Shown: positions 47,201 through 62,200 of the stretch, in pieces | How the letters are laid out: every line of letters starts with the position of its first letter | Numbering within the stretch: position 1 is the first letter of the stretch | Assembly: GCA_964572255.1 (NCBI GenBank) | Contig: CAZNEE010000003.1 | Span: 118,539-182,538, forward strand | DNA: 64,000 bases | Source: an uncultured Planctomycetia bacterium | GTDB lineage: Bacteria; Omnitrophota; Gorgyraeia; Tantalellales; Tantalellaceae | Reading direction: 5' to 3' | Program-made: the position numbers and the translations under genes | Notes under the pieces: generated by a model | Seen by the model: the letters and a program-made list of their open reading frames with translations, nothing else | Told to the model about the DNA's origin: nothing | The model's database searches: none

Positions 47201-50200
47201 CTTGAGCATTTAATTGATTGAGGTTCTTCTGGGCAGTATTCATCCTCATGCTGTGTACAGGCATGCCGCCTGAGGCGACATCGAACATTTCAACGAAAAA
47301 TTCCGCGTATTCATCAGGCATCCACGCAAAGAGCGTTTTCCCTATGATAACTTCCTTGATGCCTTCCTCATATACGCCCTTGATCATTTTGTCCCAAATC
47401 ATGTTAACGCCTCTTCCTATGGCGCTGCCAATAGCGCGAAGGCCGCTCCAAAAGGCAACACCTGGTCCCTTGCCGAAGAGAGAACCAACTATGCCGCTTC
47501 CTATGGCTCTGCCCAAATTGGCAAGAGGTTTAAATACGGTCTTTAAAACTCCACCCAAGAAAGAGCCGAATGCGTGTATGACTACAGGCCCGGCAAAATG
47601 GAACACTCCTATAAATGCCCATCCCATAGGCGTGCTTAAATGCTGCACAAGGCCCATAAGCGGCCCGGAGGTTGTTGACATCTGAAGCAGCATGCCTTGG
47701 ATGCCTCTTAATATGCCTTCACGCTTAGCCATGATCTGCGTCATGCTGGCGTCACCAAAGAACGGTTTAAAGAGAAGCGCGCCGGCATGTAAGCCGAACT
47801 GCATGCCTATGCCCATGGTCACAAATGTTGAAGCGGCACCTGCAATAGTGAGAGAAGCCACCACTCTTGTAGCAAATGCCTGGGCACCTCTCCTGGCACC
47901 TACTCTATATATGTTAAGGAACAGTCCCCTGCCGAAGCCACCCATTCTTTTAGCTACAAACTTAAAACCCGATCTTACTGCAAAATAAACCCTCTTCGCA
48001 ATATTGCCTACGGCAAGCCGGAAACCGGCCCTAACGGCTGTTTGTTTAAGAATATTGCTTGCTATCCTTGTAGCCACGGTATTAAGTGCTCTACTTGCAG
48101 GCCCTACCAACCCGAACATGACCATCGCGTCGATGAGAACATTTGCCAGATCGTTAACCGTTATGTTGAAAATCACTTTTTGGCTAAGATATTCATTTAA
48201 CGCCTTCTCTGTCTTATATTTTTCTCCGGCAATAGCTGCCGTTAACACTAAACCAAATCCTGCTAAAGCGGCTATCCCTATACTTGCACTGCAAGTAAGA
48301 CTTAAAAAGCTTACAGTAGCGACAGTGGCAGCGCTGACACTCGCTCCTGCCGCTGCAGCAGCGCCTCCTACACCTAATAATGTCGGTATGGAAACAGCAA
48401 ACCCAACGATAAGTATAATAGCAGCTACTACATATCCGGCTTTTACCCAAAATCCGCCTTCCTGCCAATTCTTTATAAGTTGTTTAAATCCGAAATTCTC
48501 GGCAAAATATTTAGCCGCTGTGTCTGACACGCTTATAGTGGATTTATTCACAAGACCATTCTGCAGGCTTGCGTTAAAGGTCTGCGTTATAGTGCTGAAA
48601 TCGACTCTTGCTGTCCATAATCCACCGGTACCCACGTTGCCAAAGACTTGATGAACCCATGTACAGCCCCAATCACCGCTGACGTTCACATTATTCGTGC
48701 CGTCTACAGATCCTATTCGTTTACCGGTTGCGTCAACAATATTGCCCGCGGCGTCTACTGTGCCTTCAAATCCTTTAGCGCTATGGGTAAGACCCCTTTC
48801 AAGATGGCGGTGAGATATGCTTTCGAGATGCATGGCGTTGTCAAAAACAAGTGTCGTTATCTCGCCGTTCTTTGAGTCCGTAAGATTATGTCCTTCTCCC
48901 GTCACCATATCTGCCACTGTTGCTGCGGCATAACCAGTGGCTATTATTAAAAATACAGGACCGATTACAGGAATAATGCTTAAAGCTACTATGCCTACCC
49001 CTGCGGTAATTCGTCCGAAGATACCCTTCTTGTCGGCCTCAACAAGCGCATATACATACTTGATCTCACCATCTGCATTGGTCAGCTTTGCCCTTGCTTC
49101 AACCTGGCCTATATTGTCCTTATTGGGACTATGGAGCGTCATAGAACAATCATAGATCTCAACATGCGCAATCGCTGAACCCGTTGCCTTAGCCATCTCG
49201 GAAGCTTTTTTTGCAACAACCCGATCGACCTGTACTTTTTGGTCATTATTAAGATTTCCGTAAGAGATCTTCCCGCTCACAGAAAAACTTGCCTGGGAAG
49301 CATCAAATATAGCAGAGGTGCTTTTCCCTTCCTTTTCAACGGTTCTTCCCGGAGTGAACTGAACAGTAAAACTTTCAAACGCGTCCAAATTATCGCCGCA
49401 AGCCTTGGTTAGCTGTTTTATATTGCAAGCTTCTACGCCCAGGGATTCAGCCATAGCCACAACCGCCTGAGCGCCCTTCATTCCGCCTTCTGTAACCACC
49501 ATTGTGCATGTAGCTGAAAAGAGTTGCGTCGCGAGTCTATCTCCCCTCTGCATAGCTATTTTATTTAATACAACACTAACATTTACCTTAACGCCCTCTA
49601 CCGTTACATCACCCTTAACAGCTACTGTCCATTGACTCAGTCTTCGGGTATCATCTTCGCCGTCACGGGTCATGTAATCACCAACAGACACTGTTTTGCC
49701 GGAATCATAATTTTTACTTAATTCCAATGTATGGAAAGTAACCCCATCCTTTCCCACTCTCATAAAACCAAGATCAATTTCGGCGATACTATTGCCGTCT
49801 CCGTATAGAGCCATTATCTGGGAAAGTCTCTCACCTTTTATATCGAGTTTAAACTTAAGATCAGATCCTTCGATGCTGCCTATAAAATCACTTGCTCTAA
49901 GATCCGGGACTTCCGCAAGAATCTCGCCAAGGCCCGAACCTCTGAGCATATTAGTAAATTCATTTCCAGCAACTCGGCTGAAACACCAGGATTGTGCATA
50001 TTCGTCGAAACTAAGGCTATCACCGCAATTTTTTAAGCCCGAATATGCCGTCTGACCTAAACGGTCTTCTTTCCCGGTTACAACATAATACGCGTTCTTC
50101 TCTTTAAGATATATGCACGACATTTTCCTGCCGCCTGCAGCGGCTGTCACGAGATTGTCCAGCACAATGTTACAATCTTGATAATCTTCTTCTCCTAAAA

Positions 50201-53200
50201 GTTTAACCGCATAATCGATCTTGGTTATACCCAGAAGTCCTTCCAGGGCAAACTGTTCGTCAGTTGTCAGCTCATCCACTCCATCAAGTTCAGCACTGGC
50301 GGCTTTCATGATCTTGATGCTCTCTATCTTGAGATCGCCTTCCTTCTGACTGCTGGCAATAACATCTTTTATGCTGGTAAGAGTAACCCTGCCGCTCGGA
50401 AGGTATTTAGTTATACTTTCGATCTCTTCCCCTCTTCCTATTTCAGTAGCAGCGTCAAGAACCGTAAGGTCCTCGCCTTCTCCTTTTAAAGCTGTGGTAA
50501 ATATGATGGATGATTCCTGATCCTTCTGATAAAGTATCATTCTGCCCTTTAACGGTTCACCGGTTTCCTGGTCTATTTGATACACAACAGCGATGCGTCC
50601 GCCACCAGAAAGCTCTGCAGATTTACCCGGGATCTGTACGAATAGCGGTATCTGGCCTACTTTATAACCGTTTGAATCTGCCTGATAAAAAGCGCTCTTT
50701 TCTGTAATGCCGAATGCACCGAGTACCGCTTCAGCAAACTTTCCATCTCCATATGCCAGCTCTTTCTTGTTGGCAATGGATATACTTTCCTCAAGGATAT
50801 TTTCCATCTTAACCGTTTCCGTTTTGCCTTCAACTTTGGTCGTCATGGAATACTCTTCATGATGTTTACTTGAATATTCAAGCCTTAATTCAGTGAATAC
50901 TGCCTTCGCTTTGTATCCTTCGGTGAATGACCCATCTTTCTCATCAAAAAGCGCATCACATTTTGCGATCGCAAGAATGGTCGCGACAAGGCTCATCGGC
51001 CTGCCATTATCTATATTGTATTTGGCCCTTGTAGCGTTATTTGCCCGGAAAATATCCACAACATCATACCCGTTTATTTTATTTAATCTGCCGCTTATCA
51101 TCTCGCTGAAAAATTTACTGTCAACGCTCCCGTCAGCATTGAACCCTTCATCCATCGATGCCATGAGCATAAGCGTGCCGAATGTGCTTAGTTCTTCCGT
51201 ATCAAATTCACCGGTAAATTTTTCTTGCGTGAGTGAACCCGCAATGATTTTATTCATAGCCGTCTTGAATTCAGCTGCTGTCTGCGGCCCTCCTTTATCT
51301 TTATCCGCGAGAGCTTCCATCCTTGAGAGGAACTGCTTCTTGTCCCCAGAAGAAATGATCCCCATGAATATCTGAAAATTGCTGATCTCAACGACTTCTG
51401 CTTTCTCGCCCAAAGCTTCATTAACAGCATTCACGGCTCCTTGCACCTTACCGATATCATCTTTGGTAACTTTAGCGGTATCAATGCCTTTAAGGAAACC
51501 GCTCATCGCGTCTCCCTCCATTCCGGAGAGCATCATAAATACCTGGAATGTATCCGCTTCAATATTTGCGACCTTGGCACCCTGGATCACCTTGTTTACT
51601 TTTTCATCGGTAACTGTACCAAGCCTTGCATTGCTTATTGTAGTTTCGCGTAGTTCATCATCCATGCCGGCAAGGGCCATGAATATCTGGAAGCCGTTAT
51701 CCTCGAGATTCATGTCTATTCCTTTTATATTGTTGGCCCCGTTAATTACATCTTTTACATCCCTTCCGCCCACCTTATTGTTTTTCATGTTATCAAGTGT
51801 AGCCCCGCGTTTCTCCCCGTCCATTGTTGCAAGCGCCATGAATACCTGAAAAGCGCTGGTCTTTATATTCTCCTTACCGGCTTTAGCCACGACCAGATCA
51901 ACATCCTCTTTCTTAATACTGTAAGCGTTATCGACAAGATCATCACGGCCTTCTTTGCCCATGCCTGCCAACGCCATGAATACCTGGAAGTCGCCGACAT
52001 CCGTTCCCGCTCCTTTTAATCCCCAGGCAACTTTCGATACTTTCTCTTTTGTGACCTCGCCGGCTCTTATATCAGCCAGGACCTCGCCTCTCTGTTTACT
52101 GTCCATGCCGGCAAGCGCCATAAGTACCTGGAAGCCTCCGGGTGTTTTGACCCCGGCATCCGTAGCCTTACCGATCACATCATTTACGTCTTTCGCGGTA
52201 ATAAGCCCCTTCGTTATATCGTTCAACGCGCCTTCGCGCTGTTCATCACCCATGCCTGCAAGCGCCATAAAGATCCCAAAACCGTCCTTTTCAAAAGTCA
52301 TGTCAAGTTTCAGCTCTTCCCCGGCAAACTTGATCACATCGCCGATGTCCTTACTGGTTATCTTTGCGCCTAAAGCGCTGGAAAGTATATTACCCCTCGA
52401 TTCATCTCCCATGCCGGCGAGAGCCATGAATACCTGGAAGCCGTTATCTTCAAGATTCATGTCTATCTTCGCGCCTTTAGCGCCATTGATCACGGCCTTT
52501 ACCGCATCCGCAGAGCTTATTCTCTTGCCGTTTACAATAGTATCTTTACCCATGCCGGCCAAAGTCTCTGTCCTTGTTTTGTCATCCATACCTGCAAGCG
52601 AGAGAAATACCTGAAATCTGTCAGCTTTTACATTAGCTCCCTCGGCTTTGGCCATAGCAAAATCGACATTATCCTTTGTTACCTTGCCGTCTCTGGTGTT
52701 AGCCCATGTAAGGCTTCTTGTATCATCATCCATGCCGGCGATAGCCATAAGCGTCTGAAACTCATTTATTTCCACTTCCGCTCCCGCGGCCGCCTTTATA
52801 ACCGAATCATATACATACCCCACCCTTGAAGAGAAAATATTATCAATGACTTTCGTGCGCGTTTCATCATTCATGCCTGCAAGCGCCATGAATACCTGAA
52901 ATTCACCGACTTCAATATTTCTCATTTTAGCTTCGAACATCACAGTATCTATTTGTTCTCCCTTTACTTTTGCCGCGCCTGCTAATACTTGAGCTCTTCC
53001 TTTATCATCCATGCCCGCAAGCGCCATGAATGCCTGGAAACCTCCCACTTCCATGCCTATCTCTTTAGCAGCATCGACAATCTTAGAGATATCTCCTTCA
53101 AATACCTTCCCGGCTTTGATATTGCCTATCATAGTGGCTCTGGCACCGGCATCCATGCCGGCCAACGCCATGAATACCCCGAAGCCATTAACTTCAACCT

Positions 53201-56200
53201 TGGCTTTCTCGGCGCCTTTCAGCACGTCATTTACCATATCGGTCTTAACTTCGCCTCGATTAATACTATTAAGAATTTTGCTTCTTGCAGTATCATCCAT
53301 GCCCACAAGCGCCATGAAGATTCCGAACCCGTTCGCTTCCATATTCATATCAAGACCGGCTTTATTGGCACCGTTTATCACCTGGTTTATCTGCACATCG
53401 GTCACCTTGCCGGATTCTATGACACTTAACATGTCGGAACGCGCTTCCGCACTCATACCGGAAAGCGCCATGAATACCTGGAAGTCGCCAACCGTTACAC
53501 CGACCTTTTCTGCCCCGCTTATAACAGTACTTATATTTTCTTTAGTTATGCCCAATTGCCCGGTATCTGCCTTAAAAACGAAATCGAACCTTGCCTTTTC
53601 ATCCATACCTGCAAGCGCCATGAATACTCCGAAATCATCAGCAATCACTCCGACTTTAGCTGCAGCCCCTTGAATCATCTCGACATAAATGCCCATTTTT
53701 GAAGTGCCTCTTCCGATCACCTCGCCGTCTATCACTATATCCTTCGCGGGTTCTAACTTGCTGATCTTACTCAAAAGATCTCCCCTGGCTTTGTCATCCA
53801 TGCCTATTATTGCCGTAAATGCTTGGAACCCGCTGATATCCAGTTTTGCGTCGCTGGTTCCCTTGAGTATGACCCCGATATCCGCCGCGGTTACCTTGCC
53901 GGCCTTAACATTGGCCAAAGTACCCGCGCGATCTTTATCGCTCATGTTGGAGAGCCATGAAACGATCTGTATATCCGAAACACCTTCACCGGTAATTCCT
54001 TCAACGCTGTCTCTTATGGGACTGATGAACTCGCTTCCTACCACGCCGAGGTTTCCGCTGTAGAATTTGCCTTCATTTTCTCCCTTACCTATTAATACGG
54101 TTCTGGGATTATAAAGCGCATCCAGCCCCCCCATGAAAGTCCAAACAGCATTGCCCGCACTGTCGGTAAGCACTGTGGAATCCACTGCGCCTGCCTGATT
54201 GGCCAGCGTTTTAGCTAATGCCGTCTCTTCAGCGCTTAGATCATCTGCATAAGTAACTTTGGCCTGGCTTACTATCGCCCTGAAAGTGTCGCCCATGTGA
54301 TCCACTGTGGTTACCTGTCTATCAAACCCGAAATTGACCAGGTGCTTGCCTTCGCCTTCTCCGCTGTAAATATCATTGGATGCGATATCATGGATCCCTC
54401 CTGCGGGAAGTTCGCTGAATCTTGCTCTTCCGCCTACAAAATGCACAACACCTGACTGTACATTCATCTTCTTCAGCCATCCCTCAACCATCGCTTTGTC
54501 ATTGCCAAGCAAACCTTTCAGGTCTATATTGGTTTCCCGCATCAAAGTCTGCACATTAAATCCGTTGAGGGTGAGTTTGCCCATCTTATTGTTATTTATT
54601 TCAAATGCGAACTTTTTGTCTCCCACATTTAGCTCAATGGATTGCGTCGTCAAAACCTGACCTAAAGAGCTGATGCCCCAGATCTTTGTCGTGGATTTCC
54701 CGACCACTTGCCCATCTATCTTTATGTCTTGCGGAGGCGTTTCTATTGCTGCACCACCAGCCAGTTTAAGGCTTCTTCCGCCGTCCTGGACGGTGAGTTT
54801 ATATTCTGTGCCTTTGACATTAATGGCAAATTGCTGTTTTCCGCCCAATAGATTTTCTTCGGTAAAGAGGACTTCTCCGTTCACCACATTTATAGTCACA
54901 TTTATAGTCACACTTTCACCGGGAATATGACCGGGAAGTATAACTTTTATTGACGCTATTGCCGGGCCGGAATCTGTAAATACCGGAGTCGTCCTTCCGC
55001 CTTCAATACCCGAAAGGTTCTTAAAGACTACGGCGCGTCCCGTGACAGCATGACGCACTTTTGTTCCGTCCGGGAAGATCGGCGTGCCTGCTTCATCAAA
55101 ATCTACCGTCACACTATCCTGATCGACTATATAACCTCCCGCTCCAGTTCCTCTCATGAAAGTAATATTATTTCCAGTTAGTACCAGGCTGTTCCCTATG
55201 AACCAGGCATGCCCGTTTTCTCCGATAGTAACGCCGTAAAATCCGCCCGCGGCCAAGCTGACTGTCAAATTCTGGGAAAGTTTTCCTCTTGGCAGTCCTG
55301 CACCCGCAGCGCCCTCCCCGGACATATTTATTGCCTGATCGGATGGGGTATGTAACAGATCTCTATCTGAAGCTGTGATCCTTCCAATAGCCGAGCTCAT
55401 TCCATATTCATCTATTTGTATGCCCCAGATCTCCGCATCAACATTCGCAATGCCCCCGCCGGCCGCGTCAAAAGTGGTTCTGGTCTTATAAGCCGCTCTA
55501 TCCGCCACAAGCTGTGTTACATTCCCTGAAACTGTGAATTTCATGCCGTTAATAGTAACGATCGAGCCGTCTCTTAATTCATCGCCCATCTGGTCCTTAA
55601 GGCTCTTAAATACAGAGTAAAGCAGTGCTCCGGATATTGCTTCATCAAAGGTGAGCGATATATCAACAACGTCTTTTACCGCGAAACTCTCGATCTCGCC
55701 TCTTAAAGCCGTAACTGCCGCCTGGAGTGCGCTCACTTCAGCTTCCGGCATCCTCTCCACGACGCCGCCGATTAACTCCCAATCATCAAAAGCAGCTGCC
55801 AGTTCCGTAGCCGCTTCTGATACATATTTACCTTGCGCACTGTACTCAGAAATTCTGGCCGAAAACTTCGCTGCTATTTCACCAAACTCTTTATTGATGC
55901 CGATAAAAGTTTTCTGTCCGAGTTCTGTCTTGGCAAGAGCATCCATGCCGAACAGCTCAACCATATTACTCATGAAATCCAGCCTGTATTGGTCTCGGTC
56001 AAATCCGGAAATACGCTCACCGGTTTTTGCGTCAAATGTTGCCACTTGATCACCTTCGGGTTCAAAATAAGAACTTAAGAAAGCTGTTTCTATGACATTA
56101 ATGCCTTGTAATTTTTCCGATTCAAATTGAAGGCTATTAGCCTTTGCGAAATTAGCCTCAAGGTTCTGCCCGAAAGCCAAAACGGCAACGCCTATCATCT

Positions 56201-59200
56201 GCAATGCATCCGGCTGGTCTTTGAACGCATTCATGAACCCGGTTTTCTTACCGATTGACGATGAGACCAGGCCGAGCCATCCGCCCAGCATCCTGAACTT
56301 GCCGTCATCATTGAAACCGCCGACCGAGATCAAATTAAGGAATGAATCGATGAACTTGCTGTCCGCCATTATGATCTCGAGTGCGTTCCTTGCGGTAATA
56401 TTCTTAAAATCTATGTTCTTGCCGACATATTCGTAGCTGGTCTTTATCTCCAGCATGGTGAACTCATTAAGGCCAGCAGCGCCGGCTTTATTAAGCAATT
56501 TGATATGCGCGCCTGAGAGAGCCGCGAATACATCGCCTGCCCCTTTAAGGCCTCTTAAATTATCAGATAGATACATCATGGAGCCCGCGATCATTGTCGC
56601 CATATCTCCGACTTTAAACTCACCTATGTGGCCTTTGAGTTTACCAAAATCCATGTCCATCAATGCTTCGACCGCGCCTACATATTTCAGCGCCACCATC
56701 CTTGTCATCACACCTTTGGCAATAGCCAAACTGAGGCCCGCTTCGGTCTTTTGCACGGCATTCTGGAAACTCGACTCTATCATCGCCAAAAGTCCACTGG
56801 ATATCTCTTCGCCGTTGGATAAGCCGGCTAAAATGGAATTGTTTACGCTTACAAGATTGGAATTAAGACCTCGCTGCGTATCGAAATAACCTTCGAGAAC
56901 TGAAGCGAATTGATCTTTTGTAAGGCCGCTCTTTCCTGCAATCTGCAGGATATTCCAGTTATTCGCCATGAGATTGTCCATCGTAGATATAGCCTTTTCA
57001 GCAACCTTACCGGTAAAAGAATTATTATTCTTTGCCTGCAGGATAGACTGTACTACATTGTTCCCGGCATTCTTTATAATGCCTTGTGCGGTTTTGATCA
57101 ATGCGACATTCCTGGGATCAGCCCTGACAATGTCTTCGGCAACGTCACCGATCTGATTATATATACCCAAAGCTAATTCGGTATTGCCTTCAGTTGCGTT
57201 CAACGCCTGAGCGAATAACGCCTGTGATAAATATTTGCCGAGCGCGTCCGCTCTTTCCGCGCCGGTCATCTCAATAGTCCCGCCTAATAGAGCCTGAACA
57301 TCTCTTTCTGTAGACAGCAATGCATTTGTGATTAATGTTGCGACCCAGCCGCCAAGAGCATCGACCTGCTGACCAAACCACTGTGCTGCCTGTGTAGAAA
57401 CCATTTCTAACCCTTTTTCTATAAGACCGGCAAACTTCATCCCCCATTCACCAAGGTTTCTCAGAAACATCGCGGCCTTGACTTCCGTAGGCGCCGCCTT
57501 TAATCTCAATTCTGTCCTGTATTGCTCGATCGTCTGGCCCGTTCTTGCAAGATGTTCTTCAACTCTGCGCTCTGCTATCGCTTCCATGATCTTCGGAGCT
57601 GAAAGTATAGTGGCAAACGCGCCGGCAAACTTGCCTGACCATATATCAAGCATTCTCTGGAAAGCTGTCTTCTCGGAAGATTCCTTATATGCCGCTTCGT
57701 GCCACTCTTCATCCTCGCCAAGTGAAAAATCGGCAAACAGTTCATACATCCGTTTAGTAATATACCTTTCCAAGCCCACTTTTGCGGCGGCAGTAAGAAG
57801 CATCAGAAACGGCGTTGCCGCTTTAGGTGCCATCGCAGCCATTTCAGGCCGATCGGGTTCACTTAATAATTGTCTCGTCTGGTCCGCCTGTGTTACAAAT
57901 GTGGTTACAAATGTGCCCCATACCAGGCTCCAAACGGCTATCTGCTCGTCATTCAAGCCCCAATCTTCGCCAAGGGTGGAGATTATTGACGTACCGATCT
58001 TGCTTAATGCATAAGCTGTTGCCCCGACTGTGAATTGTGTCGTGCCATATACCCCGAAATACTGACCTCCGGCAGATTGTATTGCTTGCCCTCCGGAACT
58101 TGCCAGAAGTTTATCTGTTGCAGTTTCAGGTGGCTTCGGGGAGTCTCCTAGCGCAGTCTCCAAAGCCGAAAGTATTGACTGGAACCCCAGACTGAAGGCG
58201 ACCATGCCTAACGCCTCATAGAAATCCTGTGCGCTTATTCCCAGGAATCCTTCTCTATCACTCATATCCTCGGCTTCACGTAAGAGCCACCTGCCGAGAG
58301 ATATGAAGGCAAGCCCTACTATGACCCTGAAAAGAACTTTTGCTGTTGTTGAAGTTATGGTGAAAAATTTCTCGATCGCCGCTAACTTGTCGGTGAACCA
58401 GCCGCCGATCCAGGAGAGGAGTATAGAGTTAAGTATTCCCTGGTACCACAATCTGAAGGCGGTGGCGTGGTCCATGCCGAACCAGGCGGTATTTATCTCC
58501 ATCCTTACAAGCTCGACTGCGGCGGTCACCATGGCTGTCGCCCAAAGGGCTGCCAGAGCTGTTGTCGCGGCACCCGCAGTATATATAACAAGTACTACTT
58601 CTATGACTGTAAGAAGTATCTGGATGAACTGCATGAAGCCTTTTCCGGTCACCCATTCCTTCTCCCAGAGGGTCTTGATGTCTTTCCTTAAGAGCACGCC
58701 CGTTATGCCGTAGAAGAAGAACTCTCTTTCCAGGCTCTTGGATTTGGCCGTCATCTTCCGGCTTACTCTCTGCTTGGAATATGTATATACGGTCTGGCTT
58801 AATGTATCGCCGAAGGCGTTGTATTCAATGTCTGACAATACCCGCAAAGTCTTGATCTTGTCGCCAAGCGCCTTGGTAGGATTCTGGCTAATATACGAAT
58901 ATATTGAACCAAACAAACCATAAGTACTCTCCGCCAGCCCGGCATAATATTCTGCAAGTTCCGAAAGGTTGCTATATCCCCTGTTTTCCCATTTATCCAC
59001 TTTTTCATAAGTAATGCTGTATGTGGTGTACCCTTTTACGCGGCCGAACATGTCATATTGATAATCATAGGCCCATGTTATCTGACCCCATTCATCGATG
59101 GTCGTTTGTTTTTCAAGCCTTCCGAACTCATCGTACTTGCTGTATTCAATTTCGACCGTTTCTTCGGTATCGGTCTCGACTTTGCCGCTTTCCTTGACGG

Positions 59201-62200
59201 TTTCCTCTTTTGTTATGGTGGTCGTTTCCCTGATAATAGCATTACCGAAGGCATCATAAAGAATGGTCTTCGTCCTGATGGTCTCTGTTATGAACTTGAT
59301 CTCGCCGTCATCGCCTCTTTCGATGCGGGTGGATGTTATGAGGCTTTCGATCGGTCGGTTATTCTGGTCATACGCGACAACCTGGGCGATCTCTATCTCT
59401 GACGTCACGGAATCGCCTATCGTATATGAGAACCAGCTTACGGGGTTATTGCTCTCATCATATAATGTGCTCTTCTGGACAGTGGTATTTGTGCTCCTTC
59501 TGGCAAGCGGGATCTTTACATTCCCGATCTCCATGCCCAGAGGATCAAAGCCTACATCCCTTGAAACTTCTACAAAATCCTGTTTATTGCCGTTCGTATC
59601 ATAAACAATGTCCGAAACCTTGGCAATGGAAGTAAGCCCCGTTATTCCCGCCAGCTCTTCTTCCCCGGCCCACTGCTCCGTCCAAAGCATGTCTTCGCTC
59701 ATATCCGTGTAGCTCTTGATATTGCCGCTCTTATCATCGTATACAGTGCTCAACCTTTCGGTGTAAGAGCCCGTTAAGTACCTGTCATCCTCCGGTATCT
59801 GGGCTTTTACAAGATCCGGAAGATCTTCTATATTAGAAGGGGTCACGGTTATATCTTTGTTCACGGTGATGTTAGTCTGCTTATAACCTATATTGTGATC
59901 GGATGAATCATATGCCATGTCCTCCATTATAAGGACATCTTTTGTGGGCACCCATTCATAATAATAAGACGAGCTGCTGCCTTCCGCGGATTTGATGCGT
60001 CTGATATATTCACTATGAGGTCCATCGGGACCACCATAAAATACCAGGTCACCCTGCTGTTGATATCCCTGAACTCTTGACATGACATCGTAAGAGACAT
60101 TAATGCGTTCTTCCTGAGCATAGCGGATCATTTCATTGTTCGCATCAATACCGGGCAGGTTCTCGGGATAATCATCATCTCCAAAATCCAGCCCGATCCA
60201 TCCGTCCTCATGCCTCACAGTGGTATGAGCATCCGCCCACTGGGATTCCTTCTCATCTTTAGTGTAAGTTTCCCACCCTGTCATCCTTCCAAATTCGTCA
60301 AACACAACATCTCTTTGTATGTATGTCTCCTGCCGCCAGGTCGGATATTCAACCAGCCACTCGCTGCCTCCATGCAGGTTAACGGCATTGTCATTTAAAT
60401 GATGTTCATTTACCGCATTGCTATAGGTAAGCGGTCCGATCGTATCTTCGGCCCAGAAAAGAAGCGCAGGCTGAAATCCATCAGTAACAGGATCAATATC
60501 AGCGATGAATTTGTTTTCGTAGAAATGTCCGAACTTGGTCGTGATCTTCCGGAAACTGGCCCACTCATTAAGAGAATCGTATTCTATATCGCTGTGGTTA
60601 GGTGTGATGCCAAGAATACCGCCAACCGTAGTAACAGTTATGAAATCATCATACCGCTCGACCCGATCCCTGGTCGGACTGTACCTTTCAAGATCTTTTG
60701 TCTCCGTAACGGTGTAGCCAGCAAGCCTGCCAAGATCGTCTACCCTGCCGTCCTGTTCGCTGGTCACTGTAACGTATTCACGATCATTGCCCGTAAGCAT
60801 CATATCCATAAGGCCGATAGTTGTGACAAAGTTCCCGTTTTTATAGCTGTATGAAGACATGTCCACCATCTGGCCGAGGCTGTCGTACACCAAGCCTTCC
60901 AGTCTAGTGTATTCTTCATTGAGTATACCGGTAATGATCGCCATCCTAAGGCCGATATCAAATCCCGGCAGTGTTATATCATCGGAGCTTCCCTGACGCG
61001 TTAATGTGCCGTTTGTCATTAAATTACCGAAGGAATCGTAAGAGGCCATGCGTGAATATTGTGTTTGCAAGTCAGTTAATGGTGCAATAATATCAATATC
61101 GTCAAGCGGAGGAGGAAGGGGCAAAGTGATAATATAAGTTAAATTTTCCTTCTTTGTTACGTCTGTTCTTAAAGCCCGGCCTGAAGGTGCGATAACATTT
61201 GTCTGTTGTAAATATGTACCTCCATAATTCATCGGCACGCCTTGTGAATCTTGACGGGAATGATCTGAATCTATTCCCCTCTTCCACTGATCTAAAGTAA
61301 CAGTTTTAAATCCGCTGTCATTTTCAATTACACTATAAAACTGTACATCAATAACGCTGGCATCCCATATCCCATTATATAAATGGGTGCCGTAAGCATA
61401 AGCGCCGGACTCAAACCATTGTTTTAAACGCTCCAGCTCGGCATCATCGGTCAGATCATATTCTGTAAGAAGATAATAATCTAACGGCCTGTTTGTCTCC
61501 ATTTGGAAGATCTTCTGGCCGTTTTCGTCATAAACAATATAGCTGCTGTAATTTTCGCCCCTTACCGGAATATCCACTATGACCAAGGTCTTTGTAGGAT
61601 CAGCTTGCGCGCCGGACCATTTTTGTATATTTGCAAGGGAAGACAAATTAACGCTTCCGTCAAAGTTAGTTTCACACACTCCTGTAACAATATCAGTTGT
61701 ATCGCTGACCTCAACATTGTAATTAACGTAGCCGGAGTTCTCCGTAAGTGTATTTGTCGTGCTTTCCCAGTTTCTTTGGGCCGTGCCCGCAAGAGCGGTA
61801 TCCACCAGCTGGCTTGCTATTTCGGCATTGGTAAATACCCCTGAACTTGCAATGATCACGGGGTCGCCTGTACGAAGGTCGGTAAGCTCCCCCCTGGCGC
61901 CGGTCTGCCTTATCGATATGGAACGGACATCGCCGAAAGAGTCGATGCGCTGGAGCATCATGGCAGATCGATCATCGTAGCCTATATGCGAAAGACTTAT
62001 CTCCTTATCATAAAAATATTCATCTGTCGTATTGGCCTGATCCGTGAATACATCGTGCAGGACCCCGTCACCGGAAGAGTTCTGATAAACGATGCCGCCT
62101 TTATTATTAACCGTTACAGGATTCCAGATGTTCCCCGAGGGTTCAAAAGTCTTATCGGCATATACCACATGTGATGTCTCTCCATTAGGAAGTTCAATAG

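Noticed and set aside
58800-61050. Classical RHS polymorphic toxin with immunity gene
   Set aside because: There is no DPxG core motif, no short C-terminal toxin domain and no small downstream immunity ORF.
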